From: Thermoplasmatota archaeon
GTDB taxonomy: Archaea > Thermoplasmatota > E2 > DHVEG-1
Assembly: GCA_041650455.1 (NCBI GenBank)
Contig: JBAZLE010000002.1
Span: 1-37,005 of the forward strand
Direction: 5' to 3'
DNA: 37,005 bases
Part shown: positions 25,922 to 33,940 of the stretch, one piece after another
Numbering within the stretch: position 1 is the first letter of the stretch
Layout: the number at the start of each line of letters is the position of its first letter
Program-made: the position numbers and the translations under genes
Notes under the pieces: model-generated
Told to the model about the DNA's origin: nothing
What the model saw: only the letters and a program-made list of their open reading frames with translations
Databases searched by the model: none

Positions 25922-26839
25922 ATGTCTATAAAAAAACCTGTAATTTGTGCCATAGGGTTTCTGCTACTATCGACCACGCTGGTTGGAGCATATATCTCTG
26001 TAAACGGAATCAGTATCCCTGACGATAACGTGACCTTAAACGCAGTGGATGGAACCGACAGCTATTTTAACATTACCCTATCAAACGTGCCTGGTGGATA
26101 TGATGTCGAAAACGGTTTGTATCCCGGCTGGTGTGCAGACCGAGCGGTTACCATGATTCGATCCGTCGACCACATTGTGACCTTATACGACAGCTATGAC
26201 CCCAGCCTCCCAACTCAGTTCCAGGGCCAATGGAATAAAATTAACTGGATCCTGAACAACAAAGGTGCTTATTCCATGCAGGTCATACAGGATGCCTGCT
26301 GGTATCTTCTTGGTGATTATACTTGGGCGCAGATATCGACCAGCGCAAAAGAATTAGTGAACCTTGCAAATGGTACTTTCATCCCTGAAGCTGGTGAAAT
26401 ACTTGCGATTGTCGCTGTGCCAACAGCAGCTGGTTGCCAATGCACCTTCATCGAAATCGAAATCCCATGCACCGGAGATGAGGGGTTAACCCCAGGGTAC
26501 TGGAAAAACCATTTATCCAGCTGGCATACGTATGATGACCAAACCGAAATTGGTGACGTCTTTACTCTCCCAAGTAGCCTGAGTGAACTGGATGACGACA
26601 CGTTCCTGGCCGCCCTGAACTACAAGGGAGGCAATAAAGTCATCGGTGCAGCTCGAATCCTGCTGAGAAGCGCGGTTGCAGCTCTTCTTAATGCAGCTCA
26701 CCCGGATATTGATTACCCCTTATCCATCTCAGCTATCATCAGCGATGTCAATGACGCCCTCGCCAGCCTTGATCGAGCAACCATCTTGGACCTTAAAGAC
26801 GTCCTTGACGGCAATAACAACCTCGGCGCAGAGCTCTAA
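25922..26839 (+). CDS. secreted/anchored protein of unknown function with GWCADR and IQDACW motifs
   Basis: 305 aa with an RBS-like AAGAGG upstream. The N-terminal hydrophobic segment is ICAIGFLLLSTTLVGAYI. The motifs YPGWCADR ... WNKINWILNNKG..IQDACWYLLGDY are present. The second half has TPGYWKNH. Confidence 0.5.
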   Translation: MSIKKPVICAIGFLLLSTTLVGAYISVNGISIPDDNVTLNAVDGTDSYFNITLSNVPGGYDVENGLYPGWCADRAVTMIRSVDHIVTLYDSYDPSLPTQFQGQWNKINWILNNKGAYSMQVIQDACWYLLGDYTWAQISTSAKELVNLANGTFIPEAGEILAIVAVPTAAGCQCTFIEIEIPCTGDEGLTPGYWKNHLSSWHTYDDQTEIGDVFTLPSSLSELDDDTFLAALNYKGGNKVIGAARILLRSAVAALLNAAHPDIDYPLSISAIISDVNDALASLDRATILDLKDVLDGNNNLGAEL

Positions 26840-26854
26840 GCCTTCGCCACATCC

Positions 26855-26873
26855 TTTTTTTCTTTTTTTTTTT
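26855..26873 (+). terminator. oligo-T tract (T7 C T11), probable terminator
   Basis: The tract begins 16 nt downstream of the stop at 26839. Confidence 0.4.
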
Positions 26874-26989
26874 AAACCAAGTCCACATCTCTATAGTCTT
26901 GTGTTTTAGTCGTTTCAAAACCTTTAAATCAGCCTTGCTGATGATATTCTTAGTTCCGGTTTTACGGGAGTCAAAAGAGGTTGTTTACA

Positions 26990-29002
26990 ATGAAATCGAG
27001 AGTATATACCGGTGTGGTATCATCATTTATCTTACTTGTCTTGCTGATAGGTGTTTTTTCTGTCGTTGTCCCAGAGACAGTGCGTGCATTTCAGGATGGT
27101 GACTACATCTATGAAACCACTGGCGATCCCTTGGTAGCGACCATAACGGGGTACGCTGGTGAGGGAGGAGCGATTATCATCCCTTCAACAGTAGGTGGAT
27201 ATCCAACAGTACACATTGGTAATGGTGCGTTTGAATCCTGCTCCTCATTAACGTCCGTGACGATCCCCGATACTGTTACCACCATCGGGGACTTTGCCTT
27301 TATCTCCTGCGGTTCGTTAGCCTCTGTCATCATCGGAAGCAGCCTGACTACTATCGGAAGCTATGCCTTTGACGCCTGTAATCACCTTACCTCCATAGCC
27401 ATTCCTGACAGCGTCACCACTATTGGAGCGTATGCATTTTATAAGTGCACCAACCTGACCTCGGTGACTCTAGGAGACGGCGTTGTCACCATCGGAAATT
27501 ACGCGTTTTCTTACTGCACTCAGCTTCCCTCTGTGATGATTCCCAGTAGCGTCACGAACATCGGAACCTACGTGTTCCAATATTGCACCTCACTCACTAC
27601 GATCACTGTTGACGAATCAAACGTACAGTACGCCAGCATCAATGGAGTGCTATATACCAAGGATATCACAACCCTGATCCAGTGCCCCGCTCACAAGACT
27701 GAACCGGTGATCATCCCGGATAGCGTCGACACCATCGGGAAAGCAGCCTTTTTCGCCTGTACCTCCCTGAGCTCCATCAGCATTCCCAGCAGTGTTGACT
27801 CCATCGGAGATTACGCGTTTTCCCACTGTCCTCTGACCACGGTCGACATACCAAACAGTGTCATCACGATCGGGGTCTATACCTTTGCCTTCTGCCCGTT
27901 GATCTCGGTGACCATCGGAAGCAAGGTCAATGCCATCGGCAACTATGCGTTTACCTCCTGTAATTCCCTTACCTCCATAACCTTCTTCGGCCTTGTGGCA
28001 CCGTCCTACGTTGGTACGTACTGGATTCTCAATACACCAAATACCCTCCGAGGTCATGCGTCTGCCGCCTCGACCTTTCCCGAACCAGGGGGTGTGTGGA
28101 ATGGATTGACGATGGGGACCTACCTATCAGAGAACGGAGGATCAAATGGAGGGTCTTCCTCAGATGAAAATCAAAAACCCGTTGCAGACACGTCCGCTGG
28201 CGAACCCTACCAAGGATATGTCAATTCAGAGATTTTTTTTAATGGATCCGCAAGCTATGACCCTGATGGGAACATCACCACCTGGCTTTGGGATTTTGGT
28301 GATAACACCAACGGGACCGGGAAAACCGTGCGGCATTCCTATTCCAAAGCAGATACCTATATAGTAACGCTGACTGTAATTGATAACCAAGGAGCTATAA
28401 CAACCCGTCAGACTACCGCGGTGATCCTGACAGTCAATACCCCGCCGCTCCAGCCGATGATCACGGGTCCATCAGTCGGGCAGAAAAATGTCTTATATAA
28501 TTATTCGGTTACGGCCTACGATGCAGATAACGATACCATTCAATATACTGTTGTATGGGGTGATCAAACCTCGTATGCCAATACAAGTGTATTTTTACCA
28601 AGCGGTACTCCATTTCTGAGCGTTCATTCCTGGACTGTTGCTGGACGGTACAATGTCACAGTAGCAGCTACTGATAATATCTCAGCGTCTTCTTCACATC
28701 TCACCGTGTATATCGATGCGGTACAAACTGGTGAAATCGGGTATCTTATCGATACAGACAGCAATGGGATATACGACATGTTCTGCTCTGATGAATCACA
28801 ACAACTCACAGCAGTGCAACAAACGAATGGCGCGTATACCATTGATACAGACGGGGATGGTTCTTGGGATTACACCTTTGATACGTCGCAGGGGTTGACA
28901 CCCTATGAGGAATCACCACAAACACCAGGGTTTGAACTCATTGTTGTGCTCAGCGCCATTGTTTTCCTCGTGTTGGTACGACGGCTTGATTTCCGTCTTT
29001 AA
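26990..29002 (+). CDS. surface protein: BspA-type leucine-rich repeats + PKD domains + PGF-CTERM anchor
   Basis: The ATG at 26990 is preceded by AAAGAGG. The signal peptide is ..LLIGVFSVVVPETVRA. There are about 11 repeats of the form IP.SVT.IG.YAF..C..LTSV. A PKD unit is present (FNGSASYDPDGNITTWLWDFGDNTNGTG..HSY...TYIVTLTVID). The protein ends PGFELIVVLSAIVFLVLVRRLDFRL. Confidence 0.75.
   Translation: MKSRVYTGVVSSFILLVLLIGVFSVVVPETVRAFQDGDYIYETTGDPLVATITGYAGEGGAIIIPSTVGGYPTVHIGNGAFESCSSLTSVTIPDTVTTIGDFAFISCGSLASVIIGSSLTTIGSYAFDACNHLTSIAIPDSVTTIGAYAFYKCTNLTSVTLGDGVVTIGNYAFSYCTQLPSVMIPSSVTNIGTYVFQYCTSLTTITVDESNVQYASINGVLYTKDITTLIQCPAHKTEPVIIPDSVDTIGKAAFFACTSLSSISIPSSVDSIGDYAFSHCPLTTVDIPNSVITIGVYTFAFCPLISVTIGSKVNAIGNYAFTSCNSLTSITFFGLVAPSYVGTYWILNTPNTLRGHASAASTFPEPGGVWNGLTMGTYLSENGGSNGGSSSDENQKPVADTSAGEPYQGYVNSEIFFNGSASYDPDGNITTWLWDFGDNTNGTGKTVRHSYSKADTYIVTLTVIDNQGAITTRQTTAVILTVNTPPLQPMITGPSVGQKNVLYNYSVTAYDADNDTIQYTVVWGDQTSYANTSVFLPSGTPFLSVHSWTVAGRYNVTVAATDNISASSSHLTVYIDAVQTGEIGYLIDTDSNGIYDMFCSDESQQLTAVQQTNGAYTIDTDGDGSWDYTFDTSQGLTPYEESPQTPGFELIVVLSAIVFLVLVRRLDFRL
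28925..28999 (+). other. PGF-CTERM archaeal sorting signal (PGF + TM helix + basic tail)
   Basis: The peptide PGFELIVVLSAIVFLVLVRRLDFRL sits at the extreme C terminus. This matches the tripartite architecture of archaeosortase A substrates. Confidence 0.7.
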
Positions 29003-29071
29003 AAACAGATACTCTGAACATAACGGTTTTTGTATGCAAGTGTAATGAAAAGAAAAAGAGAGTGGCTCTCT

Positions 29072-32000
29072 TTAGTAACCACACAGGAGTCGGAGAAGTG
29101 GGAACGCGGTGGGGAATCGCTCAAATAACGCCATTAAGAGCTGTCGTATCGGATGCTGATAGGAATACGGCATGGTGACTGGTAAGGGGTCTGACCAGTC
29201 GCTCTCCGCGTCAAACGTATCCTTGGCTTTCACCTTGATGCTGTATGATCCTTTCTTGGCCCAGGTGTGTGTCGTACTAATGGTGGCACCAGAGGTATAC
29301 GGTCCTAGCCACGTGCTTTGAGTCCCATCGCCCCAGTCCCAGAGATAATACACCTGGTCTCCATCCAGGTCGGTGGTGCTGGTTGTGTAGGTGTATATGA
29401 TGTTGATGTTTCCGTTGGTTTCACCCGTTGGCGTCTCGGGTTTGTCTGGTGGGTTATTTTCTTGCTGTTGTGTGGTAAACGTGTACCATGAGCTGGTATA
29501 CTCGCCGCTACCAGAGGGATCTGTGGCGTTCACCCACACGGTATAGGTTGTAGAATATGTCATATCGGAGAGGGCGAGTGTTTTCGTTCCGTTGGCTGCA
29601 CCCGTTCCGCTATTGGTCTGTCCATTGTTACACTGGATGGTCCAAGAGAACTCATCACCATCCGGGTCATAAATCGGAATGTTCCAGAGAAAGCTTAACG
29701 ATTGATTCAGGGAACCGTTGGCTGGGGAGGGCATTCCAAACAAAGGTGGATAATTCGCCCCTGCGAGCCCCGTCGTAAACGTGTACCACCTGCGGGTATA
29801 CAAACCACTGCCTGCGGGATCGGTTGCATTGACCCAGATGGTATAGGTTGTTGAGTACGCAAGACCAGAGAGTGGAAGGGGTTTGGTTCCATTGAGTGAA
29901 CCTGCCCCGCTGCTCGATTCGCCATTGCTACATGAAATCGCCCAGGAAAATGGATCACCCTCGGGGTCATTGATGGGGATGCTCCAGGTGAAACTCAATG
30001 GTTGGTTGGTTGAGCCATTGGCAGGGGTTGGTGTGCCAAATTCTGGGGGGAGGTTTGTTGCTGTGGTGAACTGCCAGGTTGGTCCTGTGGTGGATGTGCC
30101 ATGGTTATCCCAGGCGATGATCCTCCAGTAATAGGCGGTTTGGTAGTTCATCGTCCCAGGGTCGTACAGGCTGGTTGATTGGTTGCTGGTGATTTTCGGT
30201 GGAGGCGATGTCGTGCCGAAATAGACGTCATAGGTGACCGTATCACCTGCGTCAGGGTCGCCTCCTTGCCAGCTGAGGTCTTCAGTGATGCTGACCGCGG
30301 TTGCCAGATCCGGTGGCGATGGGGTGTGTGGCGTATACGGAGCCTGATTGGTTTCAAGGACTTGCGCAGTACTTTCAAAGGGAAGATAGTTCTGTTTTGT
30401 GATGGTGACGTACAGTGTGCCCGTAGAATTTGGTGTGATGCTCAATGTTATTGTTCCAGCGGTGTTCGTCAACCCGCGTTCATAGATTTCCGTGCCTTTC
30501 CAAAGGCAGACGTACGCTTGATTCACAGGGCTGCCGTTGGAGGTAACAGTGACGATGAACGAAGATGTGTTCAGCGGTATTTGACTCGGGTGTGAGGCGG
30601 TAAGGTTCATCGGGTTTTCCTTCCAGATAGGTAGCTCTGGGTCACCCAGTAACGTCAACTCAGTGAAAATATATTTATAATGACCGTAAAAGTCGTATTG
30701 ATACGCATCATTCTTATGATCCGAGAAACATGCTCCAAGCTTGTAGTTGTTTTCCGGGAACAAGGATTTGAAGAAATAGATGTCGTATTTCATAGAAAGC
30801 GTGTTCACATAGCCAGGGTTATACCACCCGTAGCGGGAGTTACCCACAAAGGCGATGCCGCCACCATTGTTGTCCCTGACGAAATGCTCTGCGATGCTGT
30901 TGGAAAAATCATAGGCTGCTGGCCAGCATCCCATGGAGTAAAAAATGCCTTGTTTGTTCCCGTTGGTTAACGCATCCATATCCGCGTTCTCCAACCCGAG
31001 ATCATGATTAACATAGCCGGTACCCATGTAATCATAATTCGAATGATCCGCATGGTTCATGAGGTTCTGGCCTGCGTTGATCGCAGCGATGACGTTGGTC
31101 TTATGGTTCCCGGTGTGGCTGTCGTAGACGGCCGTCAACGTCCAACTGGTGGGGATATACGAATTCGTAATCGTTATCTTGCATTGTTCTGCAGGGGTGC
31201 TGCTGTCAAGGTTAAACCCGTAGAAGCCTGCGCAGGTCGCGTAGTTAGTCAACGGTGGGTTTTTTTCATAGGTGAGTGTTTTGTTGATGAAATTGCCGAT
31301 TTGGCCGACACCTGATCCTGCAGCGGTGACTGATGCGCGACCGACATGCACCTCGCAGACCCAGTCGTTGTCGTAATCCGCGTAGTAGGTATCGTTTGGG
31401 ACGGGGTCTGGGTCGACATTGGAAAACGTTCGAGAGGAATACGGCACGGCATTGGTGTCCCCACCGAGTAGGAAATACATCGTGCCCCAGGTGGTCTGCG
31501 CGTCCTGGACAAACGCCTTGATTTTTTCCACGTTTGTCCCGCTGTATCCTCCGTTGTTATAAATCCATGAGGTGGTGACAATCGTGGCAGGGGTTCCTTT
31601 CTTTGTCTTCCAGTCTCGCAGTGGCTCAAACGCACTCACGAAGCTTTCTTGGGTGATGATGACGTACTCGTAATTCCCTGGTGGTACGCCTTTGCTTAGG
31701 GGATGGGGTGCGCTGCGGAGTGTGACCTGCCGTGGGTTGATGACCATGCGTTGCACCATCTGCTTATACATCTCTTTTCCTTGGTCGGAGATGCTTTTAG
31801 AAAGATAATCGCCGCAGGTATATCCTTCTGTAAGTTCGACGGTGAAGCTGATGGATGTGATCAGGGTCACTTGGTGCTGTGAAGCAAGATAGATGAGGGG
31901 ATAGAACGCGAGATCGACCATCGCTTGACCTGCGAGATCACAGTGACCGGTGATCTGCACGGGTTCTGAGGGATACGGGTGCAAGGAGAAAGAGACGTCC

Positions 32001-32452
32001 GTAGCAAGGGGGAGAAGAGAGACATCATTGCTGATGGAATTTGTTTTCTCTGGTGGCTGTGCCGGGAGCAGGGTGTAGAGACCAGTGAGTGGTTGGGTGG
32101 TGATGTATCGGAGGTGGATTTGTGTTGCTTTCCTGTCTGGGGGGAGTGCGATCCGGAGGGTTTTCACCGGGAGTATCGGCTTTCCTGGCTCCGCAGACAC
32201 ATCATAGTCGTTTATTTCGATGATGTCATAGCCCTGGAACGTATCAAAATGAAGGTCTTCTTCATTGATTTGTAGGCGACAATACAGTGCGTTTTCGGTT
32301 GGTATTACTTCAATGGTGTCAGGGGTATTGTATGGGATGTGTGATGTCTGTGTTTGAGTAATACTGACCTGTACTGCTGAGGTGCTGCTTGTTATAAAAA
32401 ATATCATAAGAACGATTATCGTTATTGTTTTTTTCATTAGTCGTTTTTCCAT
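29072..32452 (-). CDS. secreted peptidase C25 (gingipain-like) with Ig/FN3-like domains, PKD-like unit and LFERFP tail
   Basis: 1126 aa. The signal peptide is ..ITSSTSA. C25 hallmarks are present: YEYVIITQESFVSAFEPLRDWKTKKG, YFLLGGDTNAVPY, a His context NHADHSNYDYMGTG and a Cys context IFYSMGCWPAAYD. Downstream lie Ig-like domains and two tandem 93-aa units. Next comes YYLWDWGDGTQSTWLGPYTSGA..IKVKAKD..WSDPLPVTMP. The protein ends ..LFERFPTAFPLLRLLCGY-stop. Confidence 0.75.
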   Translation of the reverse strand: MEKRLMKKTITIIVLMIFFITSSTSAVQVSITQTQTSHIPYNTPDTIEVIPTENALYCRLQINEEDLHFDTFQGYDIIEINDYDVSAEPGKPILPVKTLRIALPPDRKATQIHLRYITTQPLTGLYTLLPAQPPEKTNSISNDVSLLPLATDVSFSLHPYPSEPVQITGHCDLAGQAMVDLAFYPLIYLASQHQVTLITSISFTVELTEGYTCGDYLSKSISDQGKEMYKQMVQRMVINPRQVTLRSAPHPLSKGVPPGNYEYVIITQESFVSAFEPLRDWKTKKGTPATIVTTSWIYNNGGYSGTNVEKIKAFVQDAQTTWGTMYFLLGGDTNAVPYSSRTFSNVDPDPVPNDTYYADYDNDWVCEVHVGRASVTAAGSGVGQIGNFINKTLTYEKNPPLTNYATCAGFYGFNLDSSTPAEQCKITITNSYIPTSWTLTAVYDSHTGNHKTNVIAAINAGQNLMNHADHSNYDYMGTGYVNHDLGLENADMDALTNGNKQGIFYSMGCWPAAYDFSNSIAEHFVRDNNGGGIAFVGNSRYGWYNPGYVNTLSMKYDIYFFKSLFPENNYKLGACFSDHKNDAYQYDFYGHYKYIFTELTLLGDPELPIWKENPMNLTASHPSQIPLNTSSFIVTVTSNGSPVNQAYVCLWKGTEIYERGLTNTAGTITLSITPNSTGTLYVTITKQNYLPFESTAQVLETNQAPYTPHTPSPPDLATAVSITEDLSWQGGDPDAGDTVTYDVYFGTTSPPPKITSNQSTSLYDPGTMNYQTAYYWRIIAWDNHGTSTTGPTWQFTTATNLPPEFGTPTPANGSTNQPLSFTWSIPINDPEGDPFSWAISCSNGESSSGAGSLNGTKPLPLSGLAYSTTYTIWVNATDPAGSGLYTRRWYTFTTGLAGANYPPLFGMPSPANGSLNQSLSFLWNIPIYDPDGDEFSWTIQCNNGQTNSGTGAANGTKTLALSDMTYSTTYTVWVNATDPSGSGEYTSSWYTFTTQQQENNPPDKPETPTGETNGNINIIYTYTTSTTDLDGDQVYYLWDWGDGTQSTWLGPYTSGATISTTHTWAKKGSYSIKVKAKDTFDAESDWSDPLPVTMPYSYQHPIRQLLMALFERFPTAFPLLRLLCGY
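29075..29149 (-). other. C-terminal tail IRQLLMALFERFPTAFPLLRLLCGY (candidate sorting/anchoring peptide, copy 3)
   Basis: These are the last 25 codons of the 29072-32452 ORF. Confidence 0.6.
29471..30049 (-). repeat. tandem duplication of a 93-aa domain inside the C25 gene (aa 802-894 and 902-994)
   Basis: Unit 1 is PPEFGTPTPANGSTNQPLSFTWSIPINDPEGDPFSWAISC..YTIWVNATDPAGSGLYTRRWYTFTT. Unit 2 is PPLFGMPSPANGSLNQSLSFLWNIPIYDPDGDEFSWTIQC..YTVWVNATDPSGSGEYTSSWYTFTT. Confidence 0.8.
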
Positions 32453-32557
32453 GCTATGGTACCCTCCTTGTCAAGGTAAATTAATACGTAATATGATGTT
32501 ATTTCATTTAAATGTTTGGAAAAGATAAAAATAATATGATAGAAACTTTGACTCGAT

Positions 32558-33088
32558 TTATACGAGTTTCTTCAGCGTCGTTCGTTCAGGATTTAACACA
32601 TACTGTTTTCGTATACATTTCAAGGTTTGTAAAATCTGTGTTTCCTGAATAAGACCAGGATAGCGTTTACTTAATAATTGAGAAAATTTCTTTGCCTGCA
32701 TAAGGTTCTCAGCAGTAAACATGATGACCCAGTCGTAGCACCCATGCGTATAACAACTGGTTTCAATGGTGATATTCATTTCTTTGATAAGGTCATCCCA
32801 CTTTGGTGAAACGATGGTATCGACGATGTTTTGGTTGACATTTTTTGCGTTCCTCTTTATCAGTACCATATAATGCTTTAGTCCAAGTTTCTCTTCATCA
32901 AACACTGCGGTATATCCCCAAATCAACCCTTTTGTTTCCAATTGTTTGATGATTCTCCATGCTTTTTGGGTCGAGAACCCACACTGTTTGGCGATCCTTT
33001 CGAGGTTTTCTTTTGAGTTTTTCACCAGTTCTGAAAGCAATTTTTTTTCATCTTGCTCCATCTGTTCCTTGCTGCTTTTCGCCATCAT
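32558..33088 (-). CDS. Lrp/AsnC family transcriptional regulator
   Basis: The HTH is KLLSELVKNSKENLERIAKQCGFSTQKAWRIIKQLETKGLIWGYTAV and an RAM-like domain follows (..LKHYMVLIKR..). The ATG at 33088 is preceded by GAGGTG. The ORF track extends to 33256. Confidence 0.75.
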   Translation of the reverse strand: MMAKSSKEQMEQDEKKLLSELVKNSKENLERIAKQCGFSTQKAWRIIKQLETKGLIWGYTAVFDEEKLGLKHYMVLIKRNAKNVNQNIVDTIVSPKWDDLIKEMNITIETSCYTHGCYDWVIMFTAENLMQAKKFSQLLSKRYPGLIQETQILQTLKCIRKQYVLNPERTTLKKLV

Positions 33089-33295
33089 TGACACCTCATG
33101 GTTCAGAACCGCAGCAGGTGTTACCGGTTCTGTCTCATAATCGGGTGATAGGATATGAAGAAAAAGGCGTGTAACAAGTCGGGTGATTATAAATCCATTA
33201 TATCTTGTAGGAACATTTTTATATTTGGTATACATAAAATTATTATTGTGATTCAAAAATTATTTAAACATAAATCAAATCAGGATATTGGGTCA

Positions 33296-33940
33296 ATGGA
33301 GCTTAAGGAAAGGACGATAAATAGTTTACTTGTATTACATTTAATTGATGAAACTAATAAGAAAGGAACATTGGAAGATAACTTTAAAGTTCAAAAAATG
33401 GTTTTTTCTATACAAAAACTTTTAACGCAAAGGAGCCGAAAAGCATTTAGTTATAATTTCTTCAGATGGCATAAAGGACCATTCAGTGCTGATTTAAACA
33501 ATGATTTGAATTTATTACAAAAAAATAAAATGGTTGACTGGGGAAAAGACAAAATTGTCCTTACTCGACAAGGAACAGAACTATTGAACGCCTGTCATGA
33601 AATCATTGACAAAAATATTTTTTTCCATGATGCGTTCAATACGATTATTAATGAATATGCAAGATTACCTCCAGGTGAAATTAAAAATAGAATATATCAA
33701 TTAAGAATTTTTGTTCCTGTTTTACGAAAGGTAATGTCAATTAGAGACATTCCTCTTAAACAATTAATTCTTTTTAAGCCTCGTGATGAAAGGATGAAAC
33801 ATGTATTTGATATAGACGAATCATGGGAGGCGACATTGGAGATTCTTTTTGATAAAGATGCCCTTGTCTCTCTTTCTATGGCGTTTAAAGATGCAAAAGA
33901 GGGAAGGCATGGGGAACCCTTTACAGTTCATACCTCTTGA
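33296..33940 (+). CDS. Panacea (DUF4065/SocA-like) domain putative antitoxin
   Basis: The ATG is at 33296. The pattern KVQKMVFSIQKLL...FSYNFFRWHKGPFSADLNNDL resembles the Panacea core (KLQKLLY...W..GP.s..l). The C-terminal WEATLEILFDKDALVSLSMAFKDAKEGR resembles the tails of type II antitoxins. It overlaps the next ORF by 32 nt. Confidence 0.5.
   Translation: MELKERTINSLLVLHLIDETNKKGTLEDNFKVQKMVFSIQKLLTQRSRKAFSYNFFRWHKGPFSADLNNDLNLLQKNKMVDWGKDKIVLTRQGTELLNACHEIIDKNIFFHDAFNTIINEYARLPPGEIKNRIYQLRIFVPVLRKVMSIRDIPLKQLILFKPRDERMKHVFDIDESWEATLEILFDKDALVSLSMAFKDAKEGRHGEPFTVHTS

Noticed and set aside
29557-32275. A series of + strand ORFs (62-138 aa) and out-of-frame minus-strand ORFs within the C25 peptidase gene.
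   Set aside because: These are antisense or alternate frames of a 1126-aa gene with clear domain architecture. The products are Arg/Gly/Trp-rich shadow sequences.
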